Shown: positions 19,750 through 28,783, numbered from the stretch's first letter. The stretch: 64,000 bases of DNA from Bacteroidota bacterium (GCA_011049175.1 DSCJ01000118.1:16392-80391), one strand, 5' to 3'. Notes: generated from the letters alone by a model not told the origin. Numbers and translations are program-made.

Positions 19750-19764
19750 TCCCGTTTATTTAAA

Positions 19765-20253
19765 CTATATCACCGTTTCCAGTTTCCCGATATACTTTCG
19801 CAAAAACAGCCTTCCCCGGTAGATGTAAACCTTGACCTGCGAATCACTCAGTCCGGTTATCTGCCCGATCTCCTCGTAGGAATACCCTTCATAATCCCGC
19901 AGCAGGATCACATGTCTCTGTACTTCGGGTAATTGCTGCAGGGCTTCATGAAGGATCTCGTTCAGTCCGGTGTAGGAAGTTTCCTCCCCCGAACCTTCCA
20001 TTGATTGATAGTCATCCACCACCGTCATTCTTTTCTCTTTTCTGATCACATCAATCATGGTATGATAGGCCGTAGAAAAAATATACGACCTGGCCTTTTC
20101 GAAGGAAACGTTTTCTGCCCTAACCCAGAGCTTTTCAAAAGTATCCTGTACAATATCCCTGGCCCGGTCTTCATCACGCAAACTACCTACCACAAACCGG
20201 TATACCGGATCTGCAAACTGTTCAACACATTGATTGTACTCCGATACGTTCAT
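19765..20253 (-). CDS. ECF-type RNA polymerase sigma-70 family factor
   Basis: Region 2 (DIVQDTFEKLW) and region 4 HTH (SYEEIGQITGLSDSQVKVYIYRGR). Confidence 0.85.
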   Translation of the reverse strand: MNVSEYNQCVEQFADPVYRFVVGSLRDEDRARDIVQDTFEKLWVRAENVSFEKARSYIFSTAYHTMIDVIRKEKRMTVVDDYQSMEGSGEETSYTGLNEILHEALQQLPEVQRHVILLRDYEGYSYEEIGQITGLSDSQVKVYIYRGRLFLRKYIGKLETVI

Positions 20254-20339
20254 GATCCTGCAAGTCGGTTATATGACGTACAACAGAGTGAAAAGTTACA
20301 AATATTTTTATGTCCTTTTGGTATTTTGAAAATTCTTTT

Positions 20340-20347
20340 TACTTTTG
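20340..20347 (+). promoter_or_regulatory. candidate -7 promoter box TACTTTTG for the tetR-led operon
   Basis: Exact TAnnTTTG match 46 nt upstream of ATG 20393. It overlaps the palindrome at 20346-20363. Confidence 0.4.
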
Positions 20348-20363
20348 ACTGACCGGTCAGTCA
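20346..20363. promoter_or_regulatory. perfect 18-bp palindrome TGACTGACCGGTCAGTCA, candidate TetR operator
   Basis: Its reverse complement is identical. It lies 30 nt upstream of the TetR start codon and overlaps the -7 box. Size and symmetry are typical of TetR-family operators. Confidence 0.55.
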
Positions 20364-20392
20364 TTAATTTTAGATAACTTTTTAAAAACGAA

Positions 20393-20971
20393 ATGTCACC
20401 CAGATCCTTACAACAGTTAAAGCAAATAAGGGAACAAAAACGCAAACTGATTATGAAATCGGCTATGGAATTGTTTGCCCTTGAAGGTTATTACAATACA
20501 TCCATCAGCCAGATTGCCCGGAAGGCGGGAATATCCAAGGGTTTGATGTACAACTACTTCGGCAGCAAGGAGGTTCTGCTGAGGTCCATCGTACTGGAAG
20601 GGATACAGGAGATGCTTGAATCGTTCGATCTTAACCGCGACGGGGAGCTTACCCGCGAAGAACTGCTGTATTTTGTGGATCAGCTTTTCTCGCTGCTGAA
20701 AAACAAAACCCTGTACTGGAAATTATACTTTTCCATTGTGGTTCAGCCACAGGTATCGAACATTATCAGCAGCGATTTCAGGGAGATCCTTCATCCTTTT
20801 CTCCAAACCATGAAAAAATATTTCGCCGCCCGGGGCACCGAAAAGCCCGAATCGGAAGCCCTGTTTTTCATTTCCGTGATGGACGGCCTCGCACTGAATT
20901 ACATCATGAATCCCGATCATTTTCCTCTGGATGAGATCAGGGAAATCATTCATAAACGTTTTGTTAAATAA
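20393..20971 (+). CDS. TetR/AcrR family transcriptional regulator
   Basis: N-terminal HTH TSISQIARKAGISKGLMYNYFGSKE and a helical ligand-binding C-terminal half. Confidence 0.9.
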   Translation: MSPRSLQQLKQIREQKRKLIMKSAMELFALEGYYNTSISQIARKAGISKGLMYNYFGSKEVLLRSIVLEGIQEMLESFDLNRDGELTREELLYFVDQLFSLLKNKTLYWKLYFSIVVQPQVSNIISSDFREILHPFLQTMKKYFAARGTEKPESEALFFISVMDGLALNYIMNPDHFPLDEIREIIHKRFVK

Positions 20972-20978
20972 TCCGGAT

Positions 20979-21749
20979 ATGAAAAACCGAAACACACGAT
21001 CAGGTAAAACAATACTGGCTGTACTCCTGGCCCAGGCCATTTTCACCGTCGCCTCCGGCCAGACCGCCCGGGAAATCGTTCAGAAAGCCTATGAAAAATT
21101 TACAGGAGAAGAATCCAGTTATTCCACGATGAACATGACCATTGTCCGGCCGACCTGGGAACGCACGGTCACATTTAAATCCTGGACCAAAGGAAAAGAT
21201 TACGCCCTGACACTGATCACGGGACCGGCCAGTGAAAAAGGCCAGAGCTTTCTGAAACGGAAAAACGAAATGTGGAACTGGAACCCCACCATCGACCGGC
21301 TGATCAAACTCCCTCCCTCCATGATGTCACAGGGGTGGATGGGCTCCGATTATACCAACGATGACATCCTGCGGGAATCATCAATTGTGGATGATTATAC
21401 CCATGAAATTATAGGAGAAGAAAAAATAGAAGGGCGTGATTGTTACAAAATCAAACTCACTCCCAGAGAAGAAGCTGCCGTGGTATGGGGTCATCAGATC
21501 CGTTGGATCGATAAAAAAGATTATTTGACACTGAAAGTGGAATTGTACGACGAGGACGGATACCTGGTAAGAACCGAAACTGGATCGGAAATAAAACAAA
21601 TGGGGGGGAGACTCCTTCCCGCACGGCTTGAATTGATTCCCGCCGATGAAGAAGGACACAAAACCATCATTGTGATTGATCACATGGAATTCAATATTCC
21701 TCTGGATGACCGGTTCTTTTCACAGCAGAACATGAAAAGGGTCAGGTAG
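20979..21749 (+). CDS. outer-membrane lipoprotein-sorting (LolA-like, TP0789-type) periplasmic protein
   Basis: Trimmed to ATG 20979 (MKNRNTRSGKTILAVLLAQAIFTVASGQ, a signal peptide). Pattern resembles the LolA_like family: KGQSFLKRKNEMWNWNPT, WMGSDYTNDDIL, CYKIKLTP. Family call from memory. Confidence 0.7.
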   Translation: MKNRNTRSGKTILAVLLAQAIFTVASGQTAREIVQKAYEKFTGEESSYSTMNMTIVRPTWERTVTFKSWTKGKDYALTLITGPASEKGQSFLKRKNEMWNWNPTIDRLIKLPPSMMSQGWMGSDYTNDDILRESSIVDDYTHEIIGEEKIEGRDCYKIKLTPREEAAVVWGHQIRWIDKKDYLTLKVELYDEDGYLVRTETGSEIKQMGGRLLPARLELIPADEEGHKTIIVIDHMEFNIPLDDRFFSQQNMKRVR

Positions 21750-21781
21750 GAGGAAAAGGTTTATTCCCAAAGCCAATCGAA

Positions 21782-23194
21782 ATGAAAAATTACACCTATG
21801 CCTGGAGAAACCTGTGGAGAAACCGGCGGCGTACGTTCATTACCGCCGCATCTATCTTCTTTGCCGTATTCTTTGCCCTGATTATGAGGTCGCTTCAATT
21901 GGGAACTTATGACTACATGTTTAAGAATATTATTGAATCCTATTCGGGATACATCCAGGTACAAAATCCGGAATTCTGGGAAGACAAAGTGGTTGACAAT
22001 ACCATGCTGCCGGATGAAGATCTGATAAGCACCCTGAAAGCCGACAAAAACGTGCTGGAACTGATTCCCCGATTCGAATCTTTTGCCCTGGCTTCCAGCG
22101 GATCACGAACCAAAGGGGTCATGATCATGGGTATCAACCCGGAGAAAGAAAATCTCCTTTCCGATGTTAAAAACAAACTGGTAAAGTACCGCCTTACCGA
22201 AGCAGCCATTGACTCACTGACCCGGGAAGACATTCCCCGGAATACCCTGAGAAACCTGAAACTCTTTTCCGGCTCTTCCTATTCCGGCGACGGCAAATTA
22301 CAAACAGAGCTGGGCATCAGAGATAAGGATACCAGCCATATCATGCCCCTTTTCAGAAAACATGCCGGCGTCCAAAACGGATATTTTTCCCAGGACAGTC
22401 AGGGCGCCCTGGTGGGAAACCGGCTGGCTCAGTATCTGGGCCTCAGCCGTGGCGATACGATCGTTCTGCTCGGGCAGGGTTATCACGGAACCACCGCTGC
22501 CGGGAAATATGCTATCGACGGAATTGTCAGACTTCCGGCTCCGGATCTGGATAATAAGATCGTTTACCTGCCTGTGACCCGTTGCCAGGAATTATACAAT
22601 GCCCCCGGTCGGCTCACAGCGCTTGTGCTGCATATCAAAGACAACAGCGACCGGGCCATTGAACAAACTGTCGAACGGCTCATGAGCCGCATCGACAGCA
22701 CATACCGTTTGATGGGATGGAAAGAAATGAACGATACCATCGTCAATCAAATGGATGCCGATAATAAAAGCGGAATGATTATGATCGGTATTCTCTATCT
22801 GGTTATTGCTTTCGGGGTTTTCGGAACCGTTCTGATGATGACCGCCGAAAGAAGAAGAGAAATGGGAGTGCTCATATCCATCGGGATGCGGAAATCGAAA
22901 ATGGCCATCATCATGCTGTATGAGATGTTATTGATCGGCATCATGGGCATTATGTCCGGAGTAGCCGTGTCCCTTCCGGTGATTATTTACGGTTACCACC
23001 ACCCTATCGTATTCTCGAGCAAGATGGCCAAAATGTGGGAAGATTATGGATTTGAACCGGTCATGGCATTCCAGTGGATCGATACTTATTTCATCTGGCA
23101 GTCATTGGTGGTCGCCATTATCGTTCTGATTGCCGCCATGTATCCTGTCTTCAGAATATACCGCTTAAAAGAAGTGGAAGCCCTGAAAGCCTAA
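21782..23194 (+). CDS. ABC transporter permease, FtsX/MacB-LolE type
   Basis: N-terminal TM (RRTFITAASIFFAVFFALIM), a ~270-aa periplasmic loop, and a C-terminal 3-TM FtsX bundle. Confidence 0.85.
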   Translation: MKNYTYAWRNLWRNRRRTFITAASIFFAVFFALIMRSLQLGTYDYMFKNIIESYSGYIQVQNPEFWEDKVVDNTMLPDEDLISTLKADKNVLELIPRFESFALASSGSRTKGVMIMGINPEKENLLSDVKNKLVKYRLTEAAIDSLTREDIPRNTLRNLKLFSGSSYSGDGKLQTELGIRDKDTSHIMPLFRKHAGVQNGYFSQDSQGALVGNRLAQYLGLSRGDTIVLLGQGYHGTTAAGKYAIDGIVRLPAPDLDNKIVYLPVTRCQELYNAPGRLTALVLHIKDNSDRAIEQTVERLMSRIDSTYRLMGWKEMNDTIVNQMDADNKSGMIMIGILYLVIAFGVFGTVLMMTAERRREMGVLISIGMRKSKMAIIMLYEMLLIGIMGIMSGVAVSLPVIIYGYHHPIVFSSKMAKMWEDYGFEPVMAFQWIDTYFIWQSLVVAIIVLIAAMYPVFRIYRLKEVEALKA

Positions 23195-23205
23195 ACAACG
23201 TAACC

Positions 23206-24633
23206 ATGATCACAAAAACAGCCTGGAAAAACGTCTGGAGAAACAAAGTGAGAAGCTTTGTGGTGATAGCTTCTGTTGCAGTGGGGATTTTTGCCGGCAC
23301 TTTCTCCGTCGCCGTAATGGAAGGAGCCATTGCCCAGCGCCTTGATGATGCCCTGAATCACGAAGTGGCTCATATCCAGATCACCCATGCCGGATTCAGG
23401 GCAAACAACGACCTGACCTGCCTGCTGGAGGATGCCGGCGAAATGGCAGAAAAAATACGAAGCCTGGAAGAAGTGGAAGCTGTTTCATACCGTCTGGTGG
23501 TAACCGGAATGGCCAATACAGCGTCAAAAAGCTCAGGTATCATTATCAATGGCATTGATGCGGAAAGGGAAAAGCAGGTACTCGGATTGGACAAAATCCT
23601 GAAAAAGGGCTCAGGATCTTACCTGGAAAAAGAAGCGTCTGGAAACCGTGCCTACATCGGAGAAGACCTGGCAAAGAACCTGAACATCATCCGGTTTACC
23701 CTGACCGATGCCATTGTGGATTCCCTGATGGCAAAGGGTGTACCTGCCGAAACGGCGGAAAAGTTACAACCGCTTGCCGGTTCCCGCTTCAGGAATGAAA
23801 AATCGTTCAGAAAAAAAATGGAATCGGTATTTACCAGGGAAGAGCAAAAAAAATACGGACCGCTTATCAGCGAAATATCCCGTTCTTTCAGAAAGAACGC
23901 CAGGCTTGCCCTGACCTTCGTCGATTATCACAACTACCACACGGGAGGCATGTTCAGGATAAACGGGCTGTATGATCTTACCAATAACATGTTCGAAAGC
24001 ACCCAGGTCTTTGTGCATTATGATGACCTGGCAAGACTTACAGGCATACCGCCCGGGCAGGGCCATCTGATCATGGTCAGACTGATCGATGTGGATCAAA
24101 CCGAACCGGTAACATCGCAACTCAAAGAACTGTTCCCCGGAACGGAAGTAATGAACTGGAAACAGATCCAGCCCGATCTGGCAATGATGGAAGGAATGGC
24201 GAGAATGATGTATGGATTTTTCATGGTGATAATCCTGGCCGCTCTTGCTTTTGGAATAGTGAACACCATGTTGATGGTAGTGCTGGAAAGAACCAAAGAG
24301 CTGGGAATGCTGGCCGCCATCGGGATGAATAAGAAAAGGGTATTCAGAATGATCCTCACCGAATCGGTATTTCTTTCCGGGGTAGGAGGTGTTTTTGGCA
24401 TGATCATCAGCAAAATAGTGATTTCTCTTACCGCCAGGCAGGGCATTAATTTATCTGGTTACAAGGAAGGGTTTGAAGCGATGGGATTTACCTCCCATAT
24501 TTATCCGCATATAGGAAATGATTTCTTCATCCTCGTCACCATCCTGATCATTCTCACAGGGATCCTGGCCGCCATCTATCCGGCCCTGAAAGCCCTGAAA
24601 CTCGATCCGGCCGATGCGCTCAGAACCGAATAA
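23206..24633 (+). CDS. ABC transporter permease, FtsX/MacB-LolE type (second copy)
   Basis: Trimmed to ATG 23206 (MITKTAWKNVWRNKVRSF...). Same topology as the previous gene, ending ...PALKALKLDPADALRTE. Confidence 0.85.
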   Translation: MITKTAWKNVWRNKVRSFVVIASVAVGIFAGTFSVAVMEGAIAQRLDDALNHEVAHIQITHAGFRANNDLTCLLEDAGEMAEKIRSLEEVEAVSYRLVVTGMANTASKSSGIIINGIDAEREKQVLGLDKILKKGSGSYLEKEASGNRAYIGEDLAKNLNIIRFTLTDAIVDSLMAKGVPAETAEKLQPLAGSRFRNEKSFRKKMESVFTREEQKKYGPLISEISRSFRKNARLALTFVDYHNYHTGGMFRINGLYDLTNNMFESTQVFVHYDDLARLTGIPPGQGHLIMVRLIDVDQTEPVTSQLKELFPGTEVMNWKQIQPDLAMMEGMARMMYGFFMVIILAALAFGIVNTMLMVVLERTKELGMLAAIGMNKKRVFRMILTESVFLSGVGGVFGMIISKIVISLTARQGINLSGYKEGFEAMGFTSHIYPHIGNDFFILVTILIILTGILAAIYPALKALKLDPADALRTE

Positions 24634-24655
24634 GGAAACGACAAAACCATATGCC

Positions 24656-25342
24656 ATGAAAGTGCTTGAATTAAAAAACGTCCATAAGGTTTACAATACC
24701 ACACAGGTAGAGGTTCATGCCGTAAACAGCGTCACCCTCGATTTCGACCAGGGCGAATTCGCTGCCATTGTAGGCCCCTCAGGCTCCGGAAAAACCACCC
24801 TGCTGAATATGATCGGGGGACTGGACAAACCCTCGCAGGGACAGATCCTGGTCAACGGAACCGACCTGACGCGACTGAAATCCAGCGAGTTGATCGACTT
24901 CCGGCTGTACAACATAGGTTTTGTTTTCCAGTCGTATAACCTGATACCGGTACTCACGGCAAAAGAAAACGTGGAATTCATCATGAACCTTCAGAAATGG
25001 CCGCGGGAGAAAAGAGACCGCAGAACCAGGGAACTCCTGGAAGCCGTGGGACTGGCCGACAGAATGAACAGCCGCCCGGCCCAGATGTCAGGCGGACAAC
25101 AGCAACGGGTGGCCGTAGCCAGGGCTCTGGCTTCCAAACCGAAGTTTATTCTCGCCGATGAACCCACCGCCAATCTGGATACCAGATCCACTGAGAACCT
25201 TCTGGATATTATGGAAACATTGAATAAAAACGAAAATATGACATTCATCTTTGCCACCCACGATCCCCGGGTTATGAAGAAAGCACACCGGGTCATTACT
25301 CTGGAAGACGGAAAAGTGATAGAAGACAGAAAAAAACAATAA
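24656..25342 (+). CDS. ABC transporter ATP-binding protein (LolD/MacB-type)
   Basis: Trimmed to ATG 24656. Walker A GPSGSGKTT, signature MSGGQQQRVAVARAL, Walker B ILADEPT, H-loop ATHD. Confidence 0.9.
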   Translation: MKVLELKNVHKVYNTTQVEVHAVNSVTLDFDQGEFAAIVGPSGSGKTTLLNMIGGLDKPSQGQILVNGTDLTRLKSSELIDFRLYNIGFVFQSYNLIPVLTAKENVEFIMNLQKWPREKRDRRTRELLEAVGLADRMNSRPAQMSGGQQQRVAVARALASKPKFILADEPTANLDTRSTENLLDIMETLNKNENMTFIFATHDPRVMKKAHRVITLEDGKVIEDRKKQ

Positions 25343-25391
25343 CCACCTTGCCCTGATCATGCACAAGATACCTCCCCGGACCGGTGAAATA

Positions 25392-26570
25392 ATGAAAAAC
25401 AGTTTTCTCATGCTGGCGTCTGTCATGTTCCTGACAAAAAGCCACTTACAGGCACAGAACAACCTGAAATCACTGGAAATATCGGGTTACGTTTCCAGCA
25501 TGCAAACCACCATGTTCACCCACATCGATTCTGCCTGGATGACAGAAAACCTCATTCACCAGCGACTCAATGTGAAATGGTATGCCACACCCGATCTGAC
25601 TATGGCTGTGGAAGTCAGGAACCGTTTTATTTTCGGCGAATTTGTAAAAAACATCCCCGGCTACGACCGCCTGATTGACCGGGAACAGGGTTGGTGGGAT
25701 CTCTCGGGATATATTCTGTCGGGAAACAGTTTTCTCCTGCATTCCACTATCGACCGGGGATGGATCGATTACACACGAGGCAACTGGCAGATCAGGGCAG
25801 GCCGCCAGCGGATCAACTGGGGTGTGAATTATGCATGGAACCCCAACGATCTATTTAACACCTATTCGTTTTTTGATTTTGATTATCCTGAAAAACCGGG
25901 AAGCGATGCCCTTCGCATACAATATTATACCGGTGTATCTTCCATGGTGGAAGCGGCCGTAAAAGTAAATGCCCGGGAACAGATCACCGCCGCAGGTAAA
26001 TGGAAATTCAACCGGTGGAACTACGACTTTCAGCTGATAGGTGGACTGATCAACGATGAGGATGTGGCAGCCGGCGCAGGGTGGTCGGGGAATATTGCCG
26101 GAGCCGGATTCCGCGGAGAGGTTACATACCTTCATCCCGTGGAACATTTTACCGATACTTCAGGAATATTGATTGCTTCGGTTGGTGCGGATTATACATT
26201 CCCCGGTTCCCTTTACCTGCAGGCTGAAATTCTTTACAATGGGGCTGAAATTCCCGTAGGGGGATTTGAACAATATTATTACATGCCTCTTTCCGTAAAA
26301 AACCTTTCTTTCACCGACTGGTCCTTCTTACTCGGAGCAACTTACCCGGTTACTCCCCTTTTTCAGGCCGGGACCCATCTGATGATGTTCCCCTCAATAA
26401 AAGGTTGGTTTGCAGGGCCCACCCTGAATTATTCTCTGGGGGATAACCTTCACTTCTCTTTTGCAACACAGCATTTTTCAGGGCATTTCGACACACCGGT
26501 TCCGGGAGGAGGTCGGAAAGAAAAGAAACAGCTCACCCTGGGGTATCTCCGGTTCAAATACAGTTTCTGA
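25392..26570 (+). CDS. outer-membrane beta-barrel protein (alginate-export/porin-like)
   Basis: Trimmed to ATG 25392 (MKNSFLMLASVMFLTKSHLQAQ, a signal peptide). IRAGRQRINWG motif, alternating strands, and C-terminus ...LRFKYSF. Confidence 0.6.
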   Translation: MKNSFLMLASVMFLTKSHLQAQNNLKSLEISGYVSSMQTTMFTHIDSAWMTENLIHQRLNVKWYATPDLTMAVEVRNRFIFGEFVKNIPGYDRLIDREQGWWDLSGYILSGNSFLLHSTIDRGWIDYTRGNWQIRAGRQRINWGVNYAWNPNDLFNTYSFFDFDYPEKPGSDALRIQYYTGVSSMVEAAVKVNAREQITAAGKWKFNRWNYDFQLIGGLINDEDVAAGAGWSGNIAGAGFRGEVTYLHPVEHFTDTSGILIASVGADYTFPGSLYLQAEILYNGAEIPVGGFEQYYYMPLSVKNLSFTDWSFLLGATYPVTPLFQAGTHLMMFPSIKGWFAGPTLNYSLGDNLHFSFATQHFSGHFDTPVPGGGRKEKKQLTLGYLRFKYSF

Positions 26571-26602
26571 ACACCTTCCTTGTAACAGATTCCCCTATCC
26601 AT

Positions 26603-26635
26603 AAATCCCGGATAAGGGATTTTTCTTATTTTTGC
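26603..26635 (+). terminator. Rho-independent terminator closing the tetR-led operon
   Basis: 7-bp stem AAATCCC/GGGATTT with a 6-nt loop (26603-26622), followed by TTCTTATTTTT. Confidence 0.55.
26627..26634 (+). promoter_or_regulatory. candidate -7 promoter box TATTTTTG for the methyltransferase/M14 pair
   Basis: TAnnTTTG match 32 nt upstream of ATG 26666. It overlaps the preceding terminator T-tract, so the call is weak. Confidence 0.3.
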
Positions 26636-26665
26636 TTTTCTTCACACCATAAAACAGATCCCCAG

Positions 26666-27403
26666 ATGACTTTGATCGAGGAGTTAAAGAATACCGGTAA
26701 CTGGCTTTTCAGGAACAGGGGGATTTTACCGGTTTTTCTATTACTGGCAGGAATTATATTTCTGTTTTTCCACCTCAGAAACCATCCTGTTTTACCGCCT
26801 CTGTGTTATGAAATCCTCTGCCTGCTCATTGGGTTCACAGGATTAGTGATCAGGATCCTGACCGTCGGACATACCCCGAAGAATACCTCAGGCAGAAACA
26901 CTAAAAACCAGAAAGCCGAAGAACTGAATACCACCGGAATTTATTCCGCCCTGCGCCATCCCCTGTACCTGGGGAATTTCTTTATGTGGCTGGGCCTTGC
27001 CCTGTTCCTCTATAACACCTGGTTTGTGATCCTTTCAGTACTGGTCTTCTGGCTATATTATGAAAGGATCATGATTGCGGAAGAAGCTTTCCTGCAGAAC
27101 AAATTCGGACAGAAATATGTAGACTGGTCTTCTAAAACCCCCGCTTTCATACCGTCATTTAAAAATTACACCTCCCCGTCTCTGTGGTTTTCGTGGAAAA
27201 ATGTGCTGAAACGCGAATACAACGGGTTCGGCAACCTGATTTTTTCATTTACCCTGATAGAAACAGTGAGAAGTTCTCTTCTTGCGGAAAAATTCCACCT
27301 TCCTGTGCGCTGGATTGTGATATTCACTGCCGGTTTTCTGATATGGATCCTTCTCCGGACCCTGGAAAAAAATACCGGCATCTTTGAGGTGGAAGGAAGA
27401 TAA
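26666..27403 (+). CDS. isoprenylcysteine carboxyl methyltransferase (ICMT/PEMT) family membrane protein
   Basis: Polytopic membrane protein carrying the family motif GIYSALRHPLYLGNFFMWLG. Confidence 0.75.
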   Translation: MTLIEELKNTGNWLFRNRGILPVFLLLAGIIFLFFHLRNHPVLPPLCYEILCLLIGFTGLVIRILTVGHTPKNTSGRNTKNQKAEELNTTGIYSALRHPLYLGNFFMWLGLALFLYNTWFVILSVLVFWLYYERIMIAEEAFLQNKFGQKYVDWSSKTPAFIPSFKNYTSPSLWFSWKNVLKREYNGFGNLIFSFTLIETVRSSLLAEKFHLPVRWIVIFTAGFLIWILLRTLEKNTGIFEVEGR

Positions 27404-27418
27404 AATCCTTGATATCCC

Positions 27419-28546
27419 ATGAAAATATCATCGAATTTCGACGGGGGCAACATCCGGGTGGATTCCCTGAAAAACCTTGACGATATACGGCTCAGTATCC
27501 GGCCCGACACTCACTCCGATTACCTGCAATGGTTCTACTTCCGCCTGCAGGGAACAGCCGGCTATCCCTGTGTAATGCACATTACCAATGCGGGAGAAGC
27601 TTTCGAACCGGCCGGTTGGGTGGATTACAAAGCCTGTGCTTCGTACGACCGGGTTCACTGGTTCAGGATCCCCACCCAATACGACGGGGCAACACTTACC
27701 CTGCGGCATACCCCGGTAAAAAATTCGGTATTCTATGCCTATTTCCCGCCGTTTTCCTTTGAGCAGCATCAGGATATGATCCATCAGGCCCAGAACAGCG
27801 ATCTGTGCATCATCGAACACCTCGGACAAACCCTGCAGGGACATAGCATCGACTGCCTGATTGCCGGTCATCCCGCTCCGGACAAAAAAATCATCTGGAT
27901 CCTCGCCCGCCAGCATCCGGGAGAAACCATGGCATCCTGGTTCATGAAAGGACTCATCCACCGCTTGCTCGACAGGAACGATCCGGTTTCCAGAAGACTG
28001 CTGGAAAAAGCGGTTTTCTATATTATCCCTAATATGAATCCCGACGGATCTGTTCTTGGTAATATGCGGGCCAATGCGGCAGGCATTAATCTGAACCGTG
28101 AATGGGCCAATCCATCTCCGGAAAAAAGTCCGGAAGTGTTTCACGTGCTGAAGAAAATGATAGAAACCGGTGTGGATATGAACCTGGATATCCACGGTGA
28201 TGAGGCCATCCCCTATAATTTTATCACCACCCTGGAAGGAATTCCCCGGTTCAGCAACCGCCTGAAGAATATCCAGGAAAGCTTCATTGATCACTGGATG
28301 AGGATAAGTCCCGATTTGCAAAACGAACAGGGATATCCCAAAGATCAACCAGGAGAAGCCAATCTTAAAATCTGCTCCAAACAAATTGCCCAACGGTTTA
28401 ATTGTCTTTCACTTACGATTGAGATGCCCTTTAAGGATAACCTGAATTTGCCCGATCCGGTTTCCGGCTGGTCGCCCGAACGTTCTGTCAGGTTTGGTGA
28501 ATCGGTGATCAATGCGATCTATTCGGTTATAGATATGTTGAGGTAA
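27419..28546 (+). CDS. M14 metallocarboxypeptidase, cytosolic-carboxypeptidase-like subfamily
   Basis: No signal peptide. N-terminal beta-sandwich-like domain, then Zn/catalytic motifs ARQHPGET, NMNPDG, NLNREW and DIHGDE. Confidence 0.85.
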   Translation: MKISSNFDGGNIRVDSLKNLDDIRLSIRPDTHSDYLQWFYFRLQGTAGYPCVMHITNAGEAFEPAGWVDYKACASYDRVHWFRIPTQYDGATLTLRHTPVKNSVFYAYFPPFSFEQHQDMIHQAQNSDLCIIEHLGQTLQGHSIDCLIAGHPAPDKKIIWILARQHPGETMASWFMKGLIHRLLDRNDPVSRRLLEKAVFYIIPNMNPDGSVLGNMRANAAGINLNREWANPSPEKSPEVFHVLKKMIETGVDMNLDIHGDEAIPYNFITTLEGIPRFSNRLKNIQESFIDHWMRISPDLQNEQGYPKDQPGEANLKICSKQIAQRFNCLSLTIEMPFKDNLNLPDPVSGWSPERSVRFGESVINAIYSVIDMLR

Positions 28547-28783
28547 CGCTTGTATATATCTGTCTGTCAACAAATTTTGTGGAGTAATGAATGACCGGTT
28601 TATTATTTTACCGGTCCATATCCAAATTCCTTTTCCTGTAAGAATCCCGTAGAGCCGGATCGTTTTCTGCCGAAACATCCGGCAGGAACCCGTGCATCTT
28701 CTGTGCCCGGCATGAATCTGCCCATGCCACCAGGTAATAATTTCTTGCCCTTAGACAAAGGATGCGACGAAGAGATACCCCGG

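Noticed and set aside
27428-28393. 321-aa ORF antisense to the M14 carboxypeptidase gene
   Set aside because: The plus-strand product has complete M14 motifs. The antisense translation is low-complexity (G/P/R/V-rich) with no motifs. Long shadow ORFs are expected opposite genes with this codon bias.
28547-28783. 237-bp convergent intergenic region with several short hairpins (for example GACCGGT...ACCGGTC at 28593-28616), considered as a small RNA or terminator cluster
   Set aside because: The stems are short, lack flanking T-tracts and show no recognisable ncRNA family features. The evidence by eye is insufficient.
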